DNA from: a virus
Lineage: Duplodnaviria > Caudoviricetes
Direction: 5' to 3' (one strand)
DNA: 64,000 bases
IMG/VR virus record: IMGVR_UViG_2974630753_000001
Span: 5,661 to 69,660 of that record
Made by a program: the position numbers and the translations under genes. Of the stretch, positions 28,888 to 36,311 are shown piece after piece. Numbering within the stretch: the first letter of the stretch is position 1; every line of letters starts with the position of its first letter. The notes beneath the pieces are model-generated. The model had not been told where the DNA came from, did not search any database, and worked only from the letters and a program-made list of their open reading frames with translations.

Positions 28888-29310
28888 ATGCAGATCACTG
28901 GAATCACCGTTAAGGACTTTCACTTGGCGATTGCTAAGGCAAACATCAAGTACGACAATAACCTAACGGCATTCATTGGAACTGAGTACAGCAATACTCG
29001 GTTTATTGGTCGAGTTGTCTTGCGAGAGACCGGCTTTCAAAAGTTCGGCAAAGGAACAGATTTGGCCAGTGGCCAACGTCGTTCATCGCAAGGCAGGCGC
29101 ATCAATGCTGTGTGCTGGCACGCATATCGTGACGTTTTGGTTGAGGTCTTCAATATCAACCCTGACGCAAAGGTTCGTACCAGGGAAGCGAAATACCTTG
29201 GTAAAGAATCCTTTTACGCAAACTTCCCCAACACAGCACATAGCAATCTAGGCAGTCTTTTTCAGCCTCTGTGCTATGCGGATGCTTGCGATTGCGACGG
29301 TGACCACTGA
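28888..29310 (+). CDS. Hypothetical protein
   Basis: AGGATGGAA RBS, ~140 aa. Confidence 0.7.
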   Translation: MQITGITVKDFHLAIAKANIKYDNNLTAFIGTEYSNTRFIGRVVLRETGFQKFGKGTDLASGQRRSSQGRRINAVCWHAYRDVLVEVFNINPDAKVRTREAKYLGKESFYANFPNTAHSNLGSLFQPLCYADACDCDGDH

Positions 29311-29320
29311 GTTACCGGTA

Positions 29321-29363
29321 GGGACAACGGTTTTCGGGGGAGTTCGATTCTCCCCGTCCCACG
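29321..29363 (+). ncRNA. tRNA-like element 3
   Basis: GGGAC aacggttttcg GGGGAG TTCGATT CTCCCC GTCCC ACG. Confidence 0.85.
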
Positions 29364-29411
29364 AAGTCAACGAATCCCGTTGGCTAACAATGAAATACAA
29401 AGGATGGAATC

Positions 29412-29696
29412 ATGGCTGACGTTACTTCTGTGCTCTTTTGCGGCATGGGTTGCGGCAAGGTTGAAGCTGAACACTTCAACGATTGTGAAGGTCGAACCCT
29501 CTACGGTCGTGAATGGAAGTGCAAGTGTGGCAAGACAATTGAGACTATCGGCGGTAGAGACGTTGATTGCGATTGTGGAGCTTGCTACAACGGCTTTGGC
29601 CAACGGTTGCGTAGCGACTGGCGCGGTAACCCTTCAAACTACGATGACGAAATCGGAGACCTTGAAGGCTACGAAATGCAGCACGCCAATGACTAA
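29412..29696 (+). CDS. Cys-rich Zn-finger-like protein
   Basis: CGMGC...CKCG...CDCGACYN. Confidence 0.7.
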   Translation: MADVTSVLFCGMGCGKVEAEHFNDCEGRTLYGREWKCKCGKTIETIGGRDVDCDCGACYNGFGQRLRSDWRGNPSNYDDEIGDLEGYEMQHAND

Positions 29697-29823
29697 GGTA
29701 CTCAAGCTAATTGAATGCCGCTACTGTCATCGGTTCGGGTTCAACGGATTTGAGCCTGACCACCTTTTAGGTGGCTATCGATGCAAAGCCCGCAAGGCTT
29801 GCGAGAAGCGCATAGGCAAGTAA
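29689..29823 (+). CDS. Small Cys-rich protein
   Basis: CRYC...CKARKAC; overlaps the previous stop codon. Confidence 0.5.
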   Translation: MTKVLKLIECRYCHRFGFNGFEPDHLLGGYRCKARKACEKRIGK

Positions 29824-29831
29824 GCCGAAAA

Positions 29832-29879
29832 GCCCTGAACTTAGCGACATTTCGGAGTGCGAGTCTCCAACAGGGCACG
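29832..29879 (+). ncRNA. tRNA-like element 4 (variant T-loop)
   Basis: GCCCTG aacttagcgacatttc GGAG TGCGAGT CTCC aa CAGGGC ACG. Confidence 0.65.
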
Positions 29880-29926
29880 AAAGTCATTGAAACACAATGG
29901 CTTACAAACAGAAAAGGATGGAAACC

Positions 29927-30175
29927 ATGTCTCATTACGCCTTTGAGGTTGCCTCAATGGATTTGTCAGTCGCTTTCGATTGCGAAGCTGACCGTGCAGA
30001 ACGTGAGGGATTTACTGGCGTTGCAGAGCGTCAGCGGGCCAACACTTTACATCTTCGTAATGCAGTCGATCATATGGTCAAGCATTGTCCTGAAGGTTAC
30101 CGTGTCAAAACGGAAATCGTTGTGTCGTTTGTCCCGAACGTCAACCCCGTCCTGAAAGACGAATATCGCAAATGA
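29927..30175 (+). CDS. Hypothetical protein
   Basis: AGGATGGAA RBS. Confidence 0.7.
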   Translation: MSHYAFEVASMDLSVAFDCEADRAEREGFTGVAERQRANTLHLRNAVDHMVKHCPEGYRVKTEIVVSFVPNVNPVLKDEYRK

Positions 30176-30184
30176 ATCATGGTA

Positions 30185-30229
30185 GCCCTGAACGGTTTTC
30201 AGCAAGGTTCGATTCCTTGCCAGGGCACG
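30185..30229 (+). ncRNA. tRNA-like element 5
   Basis: GCCCTG aacggttttca GCAAGG TTCGATT CCTTGC CAGGGC ACG. Confidence 0.85.
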
Positions 30230-30274
30230 AGGTCAATGAAATACGTTGGCCAACAACAGAAAAGGATGGAAACT

Positions 30275-30454
30275 ATGGACAAAATCATTGAGCTTTCGGA
30301 AAATGAAGCTCGTCAGTTATTGACAGAGCTGAAGATGGCCGAATCTCAGGGGAGCTTGACCAAGCTCTCTGTGTCCATCAAGAGTGATCATGTGGTTTTC
30401 AAGATAAATGAATTCACATGGTCTCCCCCTATGGGTAAGCCTTTGGAAGGCTAA
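30275..30454 (+). CDS. Hypothetical protein
   Basis: AGGATGGAA RBS, 59 aa. Confidence 0.65.
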   Translation: MDKIIELSENEARQLLTELKMAESQGSLTKLSVSIKSDHVVFKINEFTWSPPMGKPLEG

Positions 30455-30462
30455 CCCAAATA

Positions 30463-30505
30463 GCGCCAACGGTTTTCGTAGAGGTTCGATTCCTCTAGGC
30501 GCACG
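30463..30505 (+). ncRNA. tRNA-like element 6
   Basis: GCGCC aacggttttcg TAGAGG TTCGATT CCTCTA GGCGC ACG. Confidence 0.85.
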
Positions 30506-30552
30506 AAACGCAGTGAAATCCATTGCGTTACAACAGAAGAGGATGGAATTGA

Positions 30553-30738
30553 ATGTTCACTCTTGAAATACGTACTACCGGAGACGCTTTCGTTGGTTTC
30601 ACAGAGCAAGAGGTTGCCAAACTTCTTCGTGACGTGGCTCATCAAGTGGAGTCTTATGCGGCATCGAACAAAACCCATTCGATCATTGACATCAACGGAA
30701 ATCGCTGTGGCTCTTGGAAGTTGACCAACGATGAATGA
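30553..30738 (+). CDS. Hypothetical protein
   Basis: GAGGATGGAA RBS, 61 aa. Confidence 0.7.
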   Translation: MFTLEIRTTGDAFVGFTEQEVAKLLRDVAHQVESYAASNKTHSIIDINGNRCGSWKLTNDE

Positions 30739-30940
30739 AGCAGAACGAATCAAGGCAAAGACCGAAGAGCTAAAGCCACTGTGGCCCAAGGGAACTCGAG
30801 TTTCGTGGGACCACTTCGGCATGAAGCGATTTGGTGAAGTTGTAGACATTGATGGTCATTTCATCAGGGTTAAGCCAAGCGATGAATGGCCAGAGCCAAT
30901 TTGGCTTGACCATCAGAGACTCGAAAAGGTCAGTGCATGA
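30731..30940 (+). CDS. Small SH3-like hypothetical protein
   Basis: KGTRVSW...GEVVDID pattern; overlaps the previous gene. Confidence 0.55.
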   Translation: MNEAERIKAKTEELKPLWPKGTRVSWDHFGMKRFGEVVDIDGHFIRVKPSDEWPEPIWLDHQRLEKVSA

Positions 30941-31197
30941 ACAACATTCAATTAGAAATGAATCAAGTCAGACAGGCCAGAAAGGCAATTGCAGACATTG
31001 ACAAATGTTTGCTTGAAGCTCAAAGGCCTGGTGCCACTTTGGTTCTCAGAGACAGGGCTGTTAAAAGAGCAAGGTACACACTTGTTTGCCTAGAAGACAT
31101 GGTTGATGGTTTTGCCAAGGGCAAGCCAAGACCGTGGTCCTGGTACGTCCCGATGATTTCTGAAGAGTTTGACCCGCCGGTCTCTGCCAAGACTTGA
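30937..31197 (+). CDS. Hypothetical protein
   Basis: ATGA overlap with the previous gene. Confidence 0.6.
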   Translation: MNNIQLEMNQVRQARKAIADIDKCLLEAQRPGATLVLRDRAVKRARYTLVCLEDMVDGFAKGKPRPWSWYVPMISEEFDPPVSAKT

Positions 31198-31206
31198 AAG
31201 GTGGCC

Positions 31207-31273
31207 GCCCACAATGGTTTTAGCGCGCAAGAGGGTAGCGCACTACAGAGGTTCGATTCCTCTGGTGGGCACG
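31207..31273 (+). ncRNA. tRNA-like element 7 (with inserted hairpin)
   Basis: GCCCAC aatggttt [tagcgcgc aagagggta gcgcacta] CAGAGG TTCGATT CCTCTG GTGGGC ACG. Confidence 0.85.
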
Positions 31274-31317
31274 TGAACCGTTGATACCCAACGGAAAACA
31301 GAAAAGAGGATGGAAAC

Positions 31318-31725
31318 ATGACTGCACCAATCGTTTTGAACGTTCTTGGCTATTTCTCGCCTAGCCCGAAGTATGCCAACTCTGTTGCTATGGTCCTAGA
31401 CCTAACCGACAGTTGGGACGATGATTTTGGTGATGTAGATACCTACGGCACTCAGGTGATGGTGTTCTATCGGTTCACCATTCAAGAGGCCTATGCTGCT
31501 GTGAATGCGTACATCCAAAACACCACAACGGGATTCAATTCCTTTGTGCCTTGGCGTGACGCTTCTCAGCTCATTGACATCATCACTGAAGGTCAGAATT
31601 GGATCGTGACAACAGACAGTGATGGTTTCGTAAATGCCGAGTGCTTCCCGAATCTTGAAGAGGCAGAACGGATTTACCTTGATCGTCGCACTGACTTTCA
31701 AGTTTGGGCAAAGGAAAGGCCATAG
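31318..31725 (+). CDS. Hypothetical protein
   Basis: GAGGATGGAA RBS, 135 aa. Confidence 0.7.
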   Translation: MTAPIVLNVLGYFSPSPKYANSVAMVLDLTDSWDDDFGDVDTYGTQVMVFYRFTIQEAYAAVNAYIQNTTTGFNSFVPWRDASQLIDIITEGQNWIVTTDSDGFVNAECFPNLEEAERIYLDRRTDFQVWAKERP

Positions 31726-31729
31726 CTCA

Positions 31730-31966
31730 ATGAAACCACTGCACGTTATCGTGTCTCTGTTTCATTACACAAAGGGGACCATCACAGACATCAATGGCAA
31801 TATCATTACCTTCATTGATGTTCGGGAGATGAGGGGTTCTGCCTTTGTTGATGGGCCAAACGTAGTTGAGTTCGGCCCAAAACTAAGTCCTTTGATAGCA
31901 ACGCCTTTCGGCTGTTATCAGATGGCGTTCTGGTGTCACGATTGCAGCAAAATCCACGAAGAGTGA
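31730..31966 (+). CDS. Hypothetical protein
   Basis: ATG after GGAAAGG; C-terminal CHDC. Confidence 0.55.
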   Translation: MKPLHVIVSLFHYTKGTITDINGNIITFIDVREMRGSAFVDGPNVVEFGPKLSPLIATPFGCYQMAFWCHDCSKIHEE

Positions 31967-31975
31967 TTCGTGGTG

Positions 31976-32020
31976 GCCCCGTTTGGAATTAACCGTGGTT
32001 CGACTCCACGGCGGGGCACG
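31976..32020 (+). ncRNA. tRNA-like element 8
   Basis: GCCCCG tttggaattaa CCGTGG TTCGACT CCACGG CGGGGC ACG. Confidence 0.85.
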
Positions 32021-32059
32021 TAGCGACGAAACCCGTTGCAACAGAAAGGGGATGGAGAG

Positions 32060-32272
32060 ATGATGGAGACAGGACAGCAGTCAACCTACGTTCGAATTCT
32101 GAAGGTGGGGCAAGTTTTCTGGGACGAAGAGCTTTTGTGGGAAGTTACTCGAGAACCTGTGATAGAAAACGATTCTCGAGTTTTGATCTACATTCGTCCA
32201 TATCCACATCAAGAGGGTCAAAGGTCACGTGCCTTTTACTATGACCATGATCGACGAGTGCGATTGGCCTAA
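32060..32272 (+). CDS. Hypothetical protein
   Basis: GGGGATGGAG RBS. Confidence 0.65.
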   Translation: MMETGQQSTYVRILKVGQVFWDEELLWEVTREPVIENDSRVLIYIRPYPHQEGQRSRAFYYDHDRRVRLA

Positions 32273-32308
32273 GTGAAAATGCCGATAAGACAACGTCTAT
32301 ATCGGTTA

Positions 32309-32409
32309 GCTCTGAATGGTTTGAATCTCGTTAAGAGACAGCAACTTTCAGGTAAGTTCCGTAACCGCGTGCGGAGATTCAGTGAGTTCGATTCTCACAC
32401 AGAGCACCA
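32309..32409 (+). ncRNA. tRNA-like element 9 (longest; ends ACCA)
   Basis: GCTCTG aatggttt GAATCTC..44 nt..GAGATTC a GTGAG TTCGATT CTCAC a CAGAGC ACCA. Confidence 0.8.
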
Positions 32410-32472
32410 TAGGTGAATGTCACCTAGCGACAGTGAATCTCACTGTCAGGCAACAGAAATGAGGATGGAAAA

Positions 32473-33606
32473 ATGAGTCGAGAAACCCGTGAATGGCTGA
32501 ACGAATTCATCTTGGTTGGCAATTGCAAGGAACGTCCAATGGCCTGGCATTATGATCGAGAGCTTCAGAAGTCAAAGGGTTTGGCAGACAACCACTTTGA
32601 AGACCCGATTCCATATCAGGTTGTGGTTGATCGTCTGTTCTCATGGGAACCGAAATCTGTGCCCAAGGCCAATTTGGTTCCCTGTGCCAAGCGTGACGCG
32701 AATTTCTTTGGCCCGCAAGGCCAACCGTACAAAGTCATGCCTACCGGCACTTGGAATGATGACTATGTTTACGAAGGTGAGCAAGGAATCATTCGATCAG
32801 ATACCAAGGCACACATGGCAACTCATGGATCAGGGTACAAAATCCACGATTACAAACAGTGGCTCTTGAGGCTACAGTCAAACGTCTTGGGTGATTCCCT
32901 TACGATTCTGGGAGCTGGCCTACTTCGCAACGCTTTGCAAGCGTATGTTCAGGTGGCCATGCCTAGGCCTGAGACAGATGACAAAACCGGATTGAAGTTC
33001 ATGCCGTATATCACAGCATCTACTTCTCTAGATGGCTCTCTACCAACAACTTTCAGTGCTCAATCGCTTCTGATCGTGTGTGACAACACTCGAGAAATGG
33101 CCTTGAGGCAAGCTGAACGTTCGGGAACCATTTACAAGGCAAAGCACACGTCAAAGTCCTTGGATCAAAACAGGATCAAAGACGTTCGTGAAGCTCTTGG
33201 AATCGTCCATAAGCAAGCGGATGATTTCGTGGCTGAAATGCAAGAGCTGGCAAGCATTTCCGTGACCCGCCGACAGTGGGTCAAGGTTCTGGATATCATC
33301 TTGCCCTTGCCTGATCCGAAAGACCCGAAGACCAGCAAGCGTGCAATGACGATTGCTGAAAACAAAAGGGAGGTAATGAATCACACCTATTGGCGAGATC
33401 CGATGATGAACAACATGCAAGGTTCTGCCTTGGGAGTTGTCCAAGCGGTAAACACCTACGCGAATCATTATTCGCAGATAAAGGGAAATCGCTTGGAGCG
33501 CAACATGGAAAAGATGGTCAAGGGTGACTTTGGGGATATCGACCGCAAAACGGTCTTGGCTCTCTCAGAGGTCCTGAACCGTCCAGAGTTGGTTACTGTC
33601 AGCTAA
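32473..33606 (+). CDS. DUF932-like phage/plasmid protein
   Basis: Motif TSLDGS...LLIVCDNT...KHT; 377 aa. Confidence 0.8.
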   Translation: MSRETREWLNEFILVGNCKERPMAWHYDRELQKSKGLADNHFEDPIPYQVVVDRLFSWEPKSVPKANLVPCAKRDANFFGPQGQPYKVMPTGTWNDDYVYEGEQGIIRSDTKAHMATHGSGYKIHDYKQWLLRLQSNVLGDSLTILGAGLLRNALQAYVQVAMPRPETDDKTGLKFMPYITASTSLDGSLPTTFSAQSLLIVCDNTREMALRQAERSGTIYKAKHTSKSLDQNRIKDVREALGIVHKQADDFVAEMQELASISVTRRQWVKVLDIILPLPDPKDPKTSKRAMTIAENKREVMNHTYWRDPMMNNMQGSALGVVQAVNTYANHYSQIKGNRLERNMEKMVKGDFGDIDRKTVLALSEVLNRPELVTVS

Positions 33607-33634
33607 ATTCGAACGAAAAGAAAGAGGGGACAAA

Positions 33635-33769
33635 ATGAGACCTGGGGCATACAGCGCACCTGGCCTTGGCGGTGCAGTGAACGGTCAAATCAAAAGCATT
33701 CTGCGACGCTGGAAAAAGCAGGCAGAGAGCAACCGCAAGTGGTATGAAGCGGGCAAGCGAGTGAACTAA
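33635..33769 (+). CDS. Small hypothetical protein
   Basis: 44 aa, RBS AGAGGGG; below the ORF-track cutoff. Confidence 0.5.
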   Translation: MRPGAYSAPGLGGAVNGQIKSILRRWKKQAESNRKWYEAGKRVN

Positions 33770-33778
33770 GCAGTGGCA

Positions 33779-33828
33779 GGGTAGCCGATGGTTCGGCATT
33801 CGTCAGGTTCGATTCCTGACTACCCACG
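33779..33828 (+). ncRNA. tRNA-like element 10
   Basis: GGGTA gccga tggt tcggc attc GTCAGG TTCGATT CCTGAC TACCC ACG. Confidence 0.8.
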
Positions 33829-33868
33829 AAGGGCAAAGACATTGCCCTACAACAGAAATGAGGATGGA

Positions 33869-34264
33869 ATGATGAGAACACGGATCAAAGAGATTCTGAT
33901 CGCTTTTGTCATCACCATGTCAATTGTGTTCAGCCTCTTTGCAATATCTCAAATGGCAAGAGCCTCAGCGGATTACAACATGGGCTGTGAACGTGTTCGT
34001 TGGGGATTTCTTTGGTCGGGATACAGAACTATCTGTGATGGGCCAAAGAGACCAGACGGAAGTTGGGACCGTACCCGTAGGGAATGGACCCCCGCTGGTT
34101 ATGTTCCTGTCTCTTGCTATGGGTATTCGTTTATCTCATGCTCTGGAGGGTACTATCGGCAGGAATCAACGCAACGACTGGAAACGTATCCGGTAACTGA
34201 CGCAACGGTTTTGCCAAATGAACCGGCTTGGTTACCTCCTGGTACAGCTAGGATTCTGCCATGA
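33869..34264 (+). CDS. Secreted CDGP-type protein
   Basis: Signal peptide plus RTICDGPKRPDGSWDRTR...ETYPV, as in mycobacterial and mycobacteriophage CDGP proteins. Confidence 0.7.
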   Translation: MMRTRIKEILIAFVITMSIVFSLFAISQMARASADYNMGCERVRWGFLWSGYRTICDGPKRPDGSWDRTRREWTPAGYVPVSCYGYSFISCSGGYYRQESTQRLETYPVTDATVLPNEPAWLPPGTARILP

Positions 34265-34282
34265 CTTGGTGAAAGCATAAAG

Positions 34283-34325
34283 GCCGCAACGGTTTTCGTA
34301 TGGGTTCGATTCCCATAGCGGCACG
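34283..34325 (+). ncRNA. tRNA-like element 11 (identical to element 2)
   Basis: 43-nt exact copy of 28795-28837. Confidence 0.85.
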
Positions 34326-34366
34326 AGTACCAAAAACCTTGGTACAGAACAGAAATGAGGATGGAA

Positions 34367-34897
34367 ATGAGATTCGTTGACTTGAGCACTGGGGAACCGA
34401 AAGAGGTTGAGGTTTTTACTCTTCGGGAGGTCAGCTCAAAAATGTCTGTCTCTGGTCAGCATTACTACAGTCGGATAAAAACACTTACCGGCTGGATCAA
34501 TGACCCTAAAATCTCAACCCCTAAGCCAGCATTCACCTTTCAAGAGGTTGACTATTGGAAGCCAGAACAGGTCGAAGACTGGAATGCCCTATGGGAGAAG
34601 CAGATTGAGCTTGAAGCCGAACGTCAGTGGAAAAGGCTTGAAGAGGAAAAGATTTCAAAGGCCTCTCTGATCAATCACCTTTTGGACGAAGCCAGAGATC
34701 TTGAGCGTCGAAACTCTCGGTGCTACAGCAAAAATCGTGGAAACTCCATGAGCGATGGCCGTAGACGCGCTGTTGCTTTTGAAGGGGTGGAGGCTTTTGT
34801 GCGAATGTTGTTGGGAGGGTCGAGTTTTCCTGTTGACAAGGAAAAAGAGCTGAACGCTTTGTTTCGCAAAGCAAAAGACCATGTGAACATGCAGTGA
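34367..34897 (+). CDS. Hypothetical protein, possible N-terminal HTH
   Basis: GAGGATGGAA RBS; FTLREVSSKMSVS pattern. Confidence 0.65.
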   Translation: MRFVDLSTGEPKEVEVFTLREVSSKMSVSGQHYYSRIKTLTGWINDPKISTPKPAFTFQEVDYWKPEQVEDWNALWEKQIELEAERQWKRLEEEKISKASLINHLLDEARDLERRNSRCYSKNRGNSMSDGRRRAVAFEGVEAFVRMLLGGSSFPVDKEKELNALFRKAKDHVNMQ

Positions 34898-34905
34898 TCA
34901 TGGTA

Positions 34906-34949
34906 GACCGGAATGGTTGTAGGTAGGTTCGATTCCTACCCCGGTCACG
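34906..34949 (+). ncRNA. tRNA-like element 12
   Basis: GACCGG aatggttgta GGTAGG TTCGATT CCTACC CCGGTC ACG. Confidence 0.85.
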
Positions 34950-34990
34950 CTAATCTGTTGATTCCCAACGGATTTGAGAGGATGGAAATA

Positions 34991-35158
34991 ATGCAAACAA
35001 TCATCGAACCTGACACGTATGCCGCAAAGGAACAGATTCAAGCCATCGCCGAAGAGAAAGGGATGGCATCAACTCATATCCACGGCACACACGTCATTGG
35101 TTACCACGACAGCAAAAAGTGTGGTGGCCACGAGATTGCCAGGTGGTATTCATCATGA
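34991..35158 (+). CDS. Small hypothetical protein
   Basis: GAGGATGGAA RBS, 55 aa. Confidence 0.6.
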   Translation: MQTIIEPDTYAAKEQIQAIAEEKGMASTHIHGTHVIGYHDSKKCGGHEIARWYSS

Positions 35159-35367
35159 AAACCTGTTTTGTAGTCATCGTTGCAATGACGTTGTCTATCT
35201 TAGGGATTCACACTGCATACGCTGAACCATGTGGTTACGTCAGTAACCTTCCCTGGTCTCCGTGTGCTGAAATCTCGCCATTCCAAACGTATCCCGGTTA
35301 CTACGACCCACAGGGGAAAACCCCTGGCGCTATGGGTCCATGGGGTTACGTTCCGAAGGTAGGGTAA
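35155..35367 (+). CDS. Small secreted protein
   Basis: Signal-peptide-like N-terminus ending AYA; ATGA overlap. Confidence 0.6.
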   Translation: MKTCFVVIVAMTLSILGIHTAYAEPCGYVSNLPWSPCAEISPFQTYPGYYDPQGKTPGAMGPWGYVPKVG

Positions 35368-35372
35368 AAGCC

Positions 35373-35441
35373 GCCCGCGTTGGTACTGATGCAAGCATGG
35401 GGATGTTGCGTCACGGAAGTTCAATTCTTCCGGCGGGCACG
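35373..35441 (+). ncRNA. tRNA-like element 13 (with inserted hairpin)
   Basis: GCCCGC gttggtac [tgatgcaagcat gggg atgttgcgtca] CGGAAG TTCAATT CTTCCG GCGGGC ACG. Confidence 0.85.
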
Positions 35442-35485
35442 AAACCTGTTGACTCACAACGGGTTACAACGAAATGAGGGTGGAA

Positions 35486-35701
35486 ATGACTGTCCGAGTG
35501 AGAAATTCAATGGAGGTTGTTGCAACAGATGACCGAACGGGAACTGTTGTGGCCAGGGCTAATCGAGGTGATTTCGGAAAGGATTGGTTCATCGGTCGAA
35601 TCATATATGGCAAGATGACCCAAATCGCAACTGTCTCTGGTCATGCTCCTGAGGTTATGCAGAGAAAATTGGTGCTGGCCATACTGAAAGAGGTCTCCTA
35701 A
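35486..35701 (+). CDS. Hypothetical protein
   Basis: GAGGGTGGAA RBS variant. Confidence 0.65.
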   Translation: MTVRVRNSMEVVATDDRTGTVVARANRGDFGKDWFIGRIIYGKMTQIATVSGHAPEVMQRKLVLAILKEVS

Positions 35702-36039
35702 TGACCAAGAGCCATTTACGAAAGCTGTTGATTTCCATGGCTTTTGGATGCATCATTGCTGCGGTATTGATTCAGTCACCAAAGGCAAAGGCAGACAGTG
35801 AATATTGGGGTATCTATGCGGTCAATTACGGAGATGCCCTGATCTGCGATCACTTCACGAGACATGGAGTCAACCGAGTTAGCTTTACCGCTCTCGGAAA
35901 TTTCCTAATGAACTCAGAGGGTTATTCCTCTGAAGAGGCGGGGAAGATAGTGACCCTTTCAACTCAAATGTATTGCCCTGAACACATTCCAGCTATAAAC
36001 CAAGTGATCAGGCAGATACTCAAGGTGACATTGGCTTGA
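35701..36039 (+). CDS. DUF732-like secreted protein
   Basis: Signal peptide; ICDHF...YSSEEAGKIV...MYCPEH. Confidence 0.65.
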   Translation: MTKSHLRKLLISMAFGCIIAAVLIQSPKAKADSEYWGIYAVNYGDALICDHFTRHGVNRVSFTALGNFLMNSEGYSSEEAGKIVTLSTQMYCPEHIPAINQVIRQILKVTLA

Positions 36040-36055
36040 GTTGAAAAGGTCAAGG

Positions 36056-36105
36056 GCCAGACCCGATTCGGCGGGGCATCGAGATTCAAGCTCTCGACTG
36101 GCACG
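36056..36105 (+). ncRNA. tRNA-like element 14
   Basis: GCCAG a cccg attcgg cggg gca TCGAGA TTCAAGC TCTCGA CTGGC ACG. Confidence 0.75.
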
Positions 36106-36146
36106 AAACCCATTGTTGCAGATGGGTTTTAAGAAAGGATGGAAAA

Positions 36147-36311
36147 ATGAAGGTCAGAATTGACTTTACCGTGAAGGTTGACCCTGATCGGTGGAGGGCT
36201 ACAAAAGGTCTACCGGAAGATACGGATTCTCAAGTGAGACAAGCTGTTAAGGCTTGGGTTCAGAAAGAGACATCCGAAAGTCTATCTCGTGAAGGGATTC
36301 TCATCCAGTGA
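36147..36311 (+). CDS. Small hypothetical protein
   Basis: 54 aa after AAGGATGGAAAA; below the ORF-track cutoff. Confidence 0.6.
   Translation: MKVRIDFTVKVDPDRWRATKGLPEDTDSQVRQAVKAWVQKETSESLSREGILIQ

Larger units (their letters stand above)
28112..36146 (+). repeat. Array of 14 tRNA-like intergenic elements with a shared AGGATGGAA RBS
   Basis: Same architecture repeated before successive small genes; stems vary in sequence but keep pairing. Confidence 0.9.

Noticed and set aside
28112-36105. CRISPR array or cluster of real tRNA genes
   Set aside because: Units are separated by whole ORFs with RBSs, and their stems differ in sequence. They lack D-stems and anticodon arms, and 13 of 14 lack CCA. 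No cas operon is present.
28112-36105. Ordinary intrinsic terminators or integron attC sites
   Set aside because: There are no U-tracts, and a conserved T-loop plus GG linker is not needed for termination. No integron integrase or R-box (GTTRRRY) pattern was seen.
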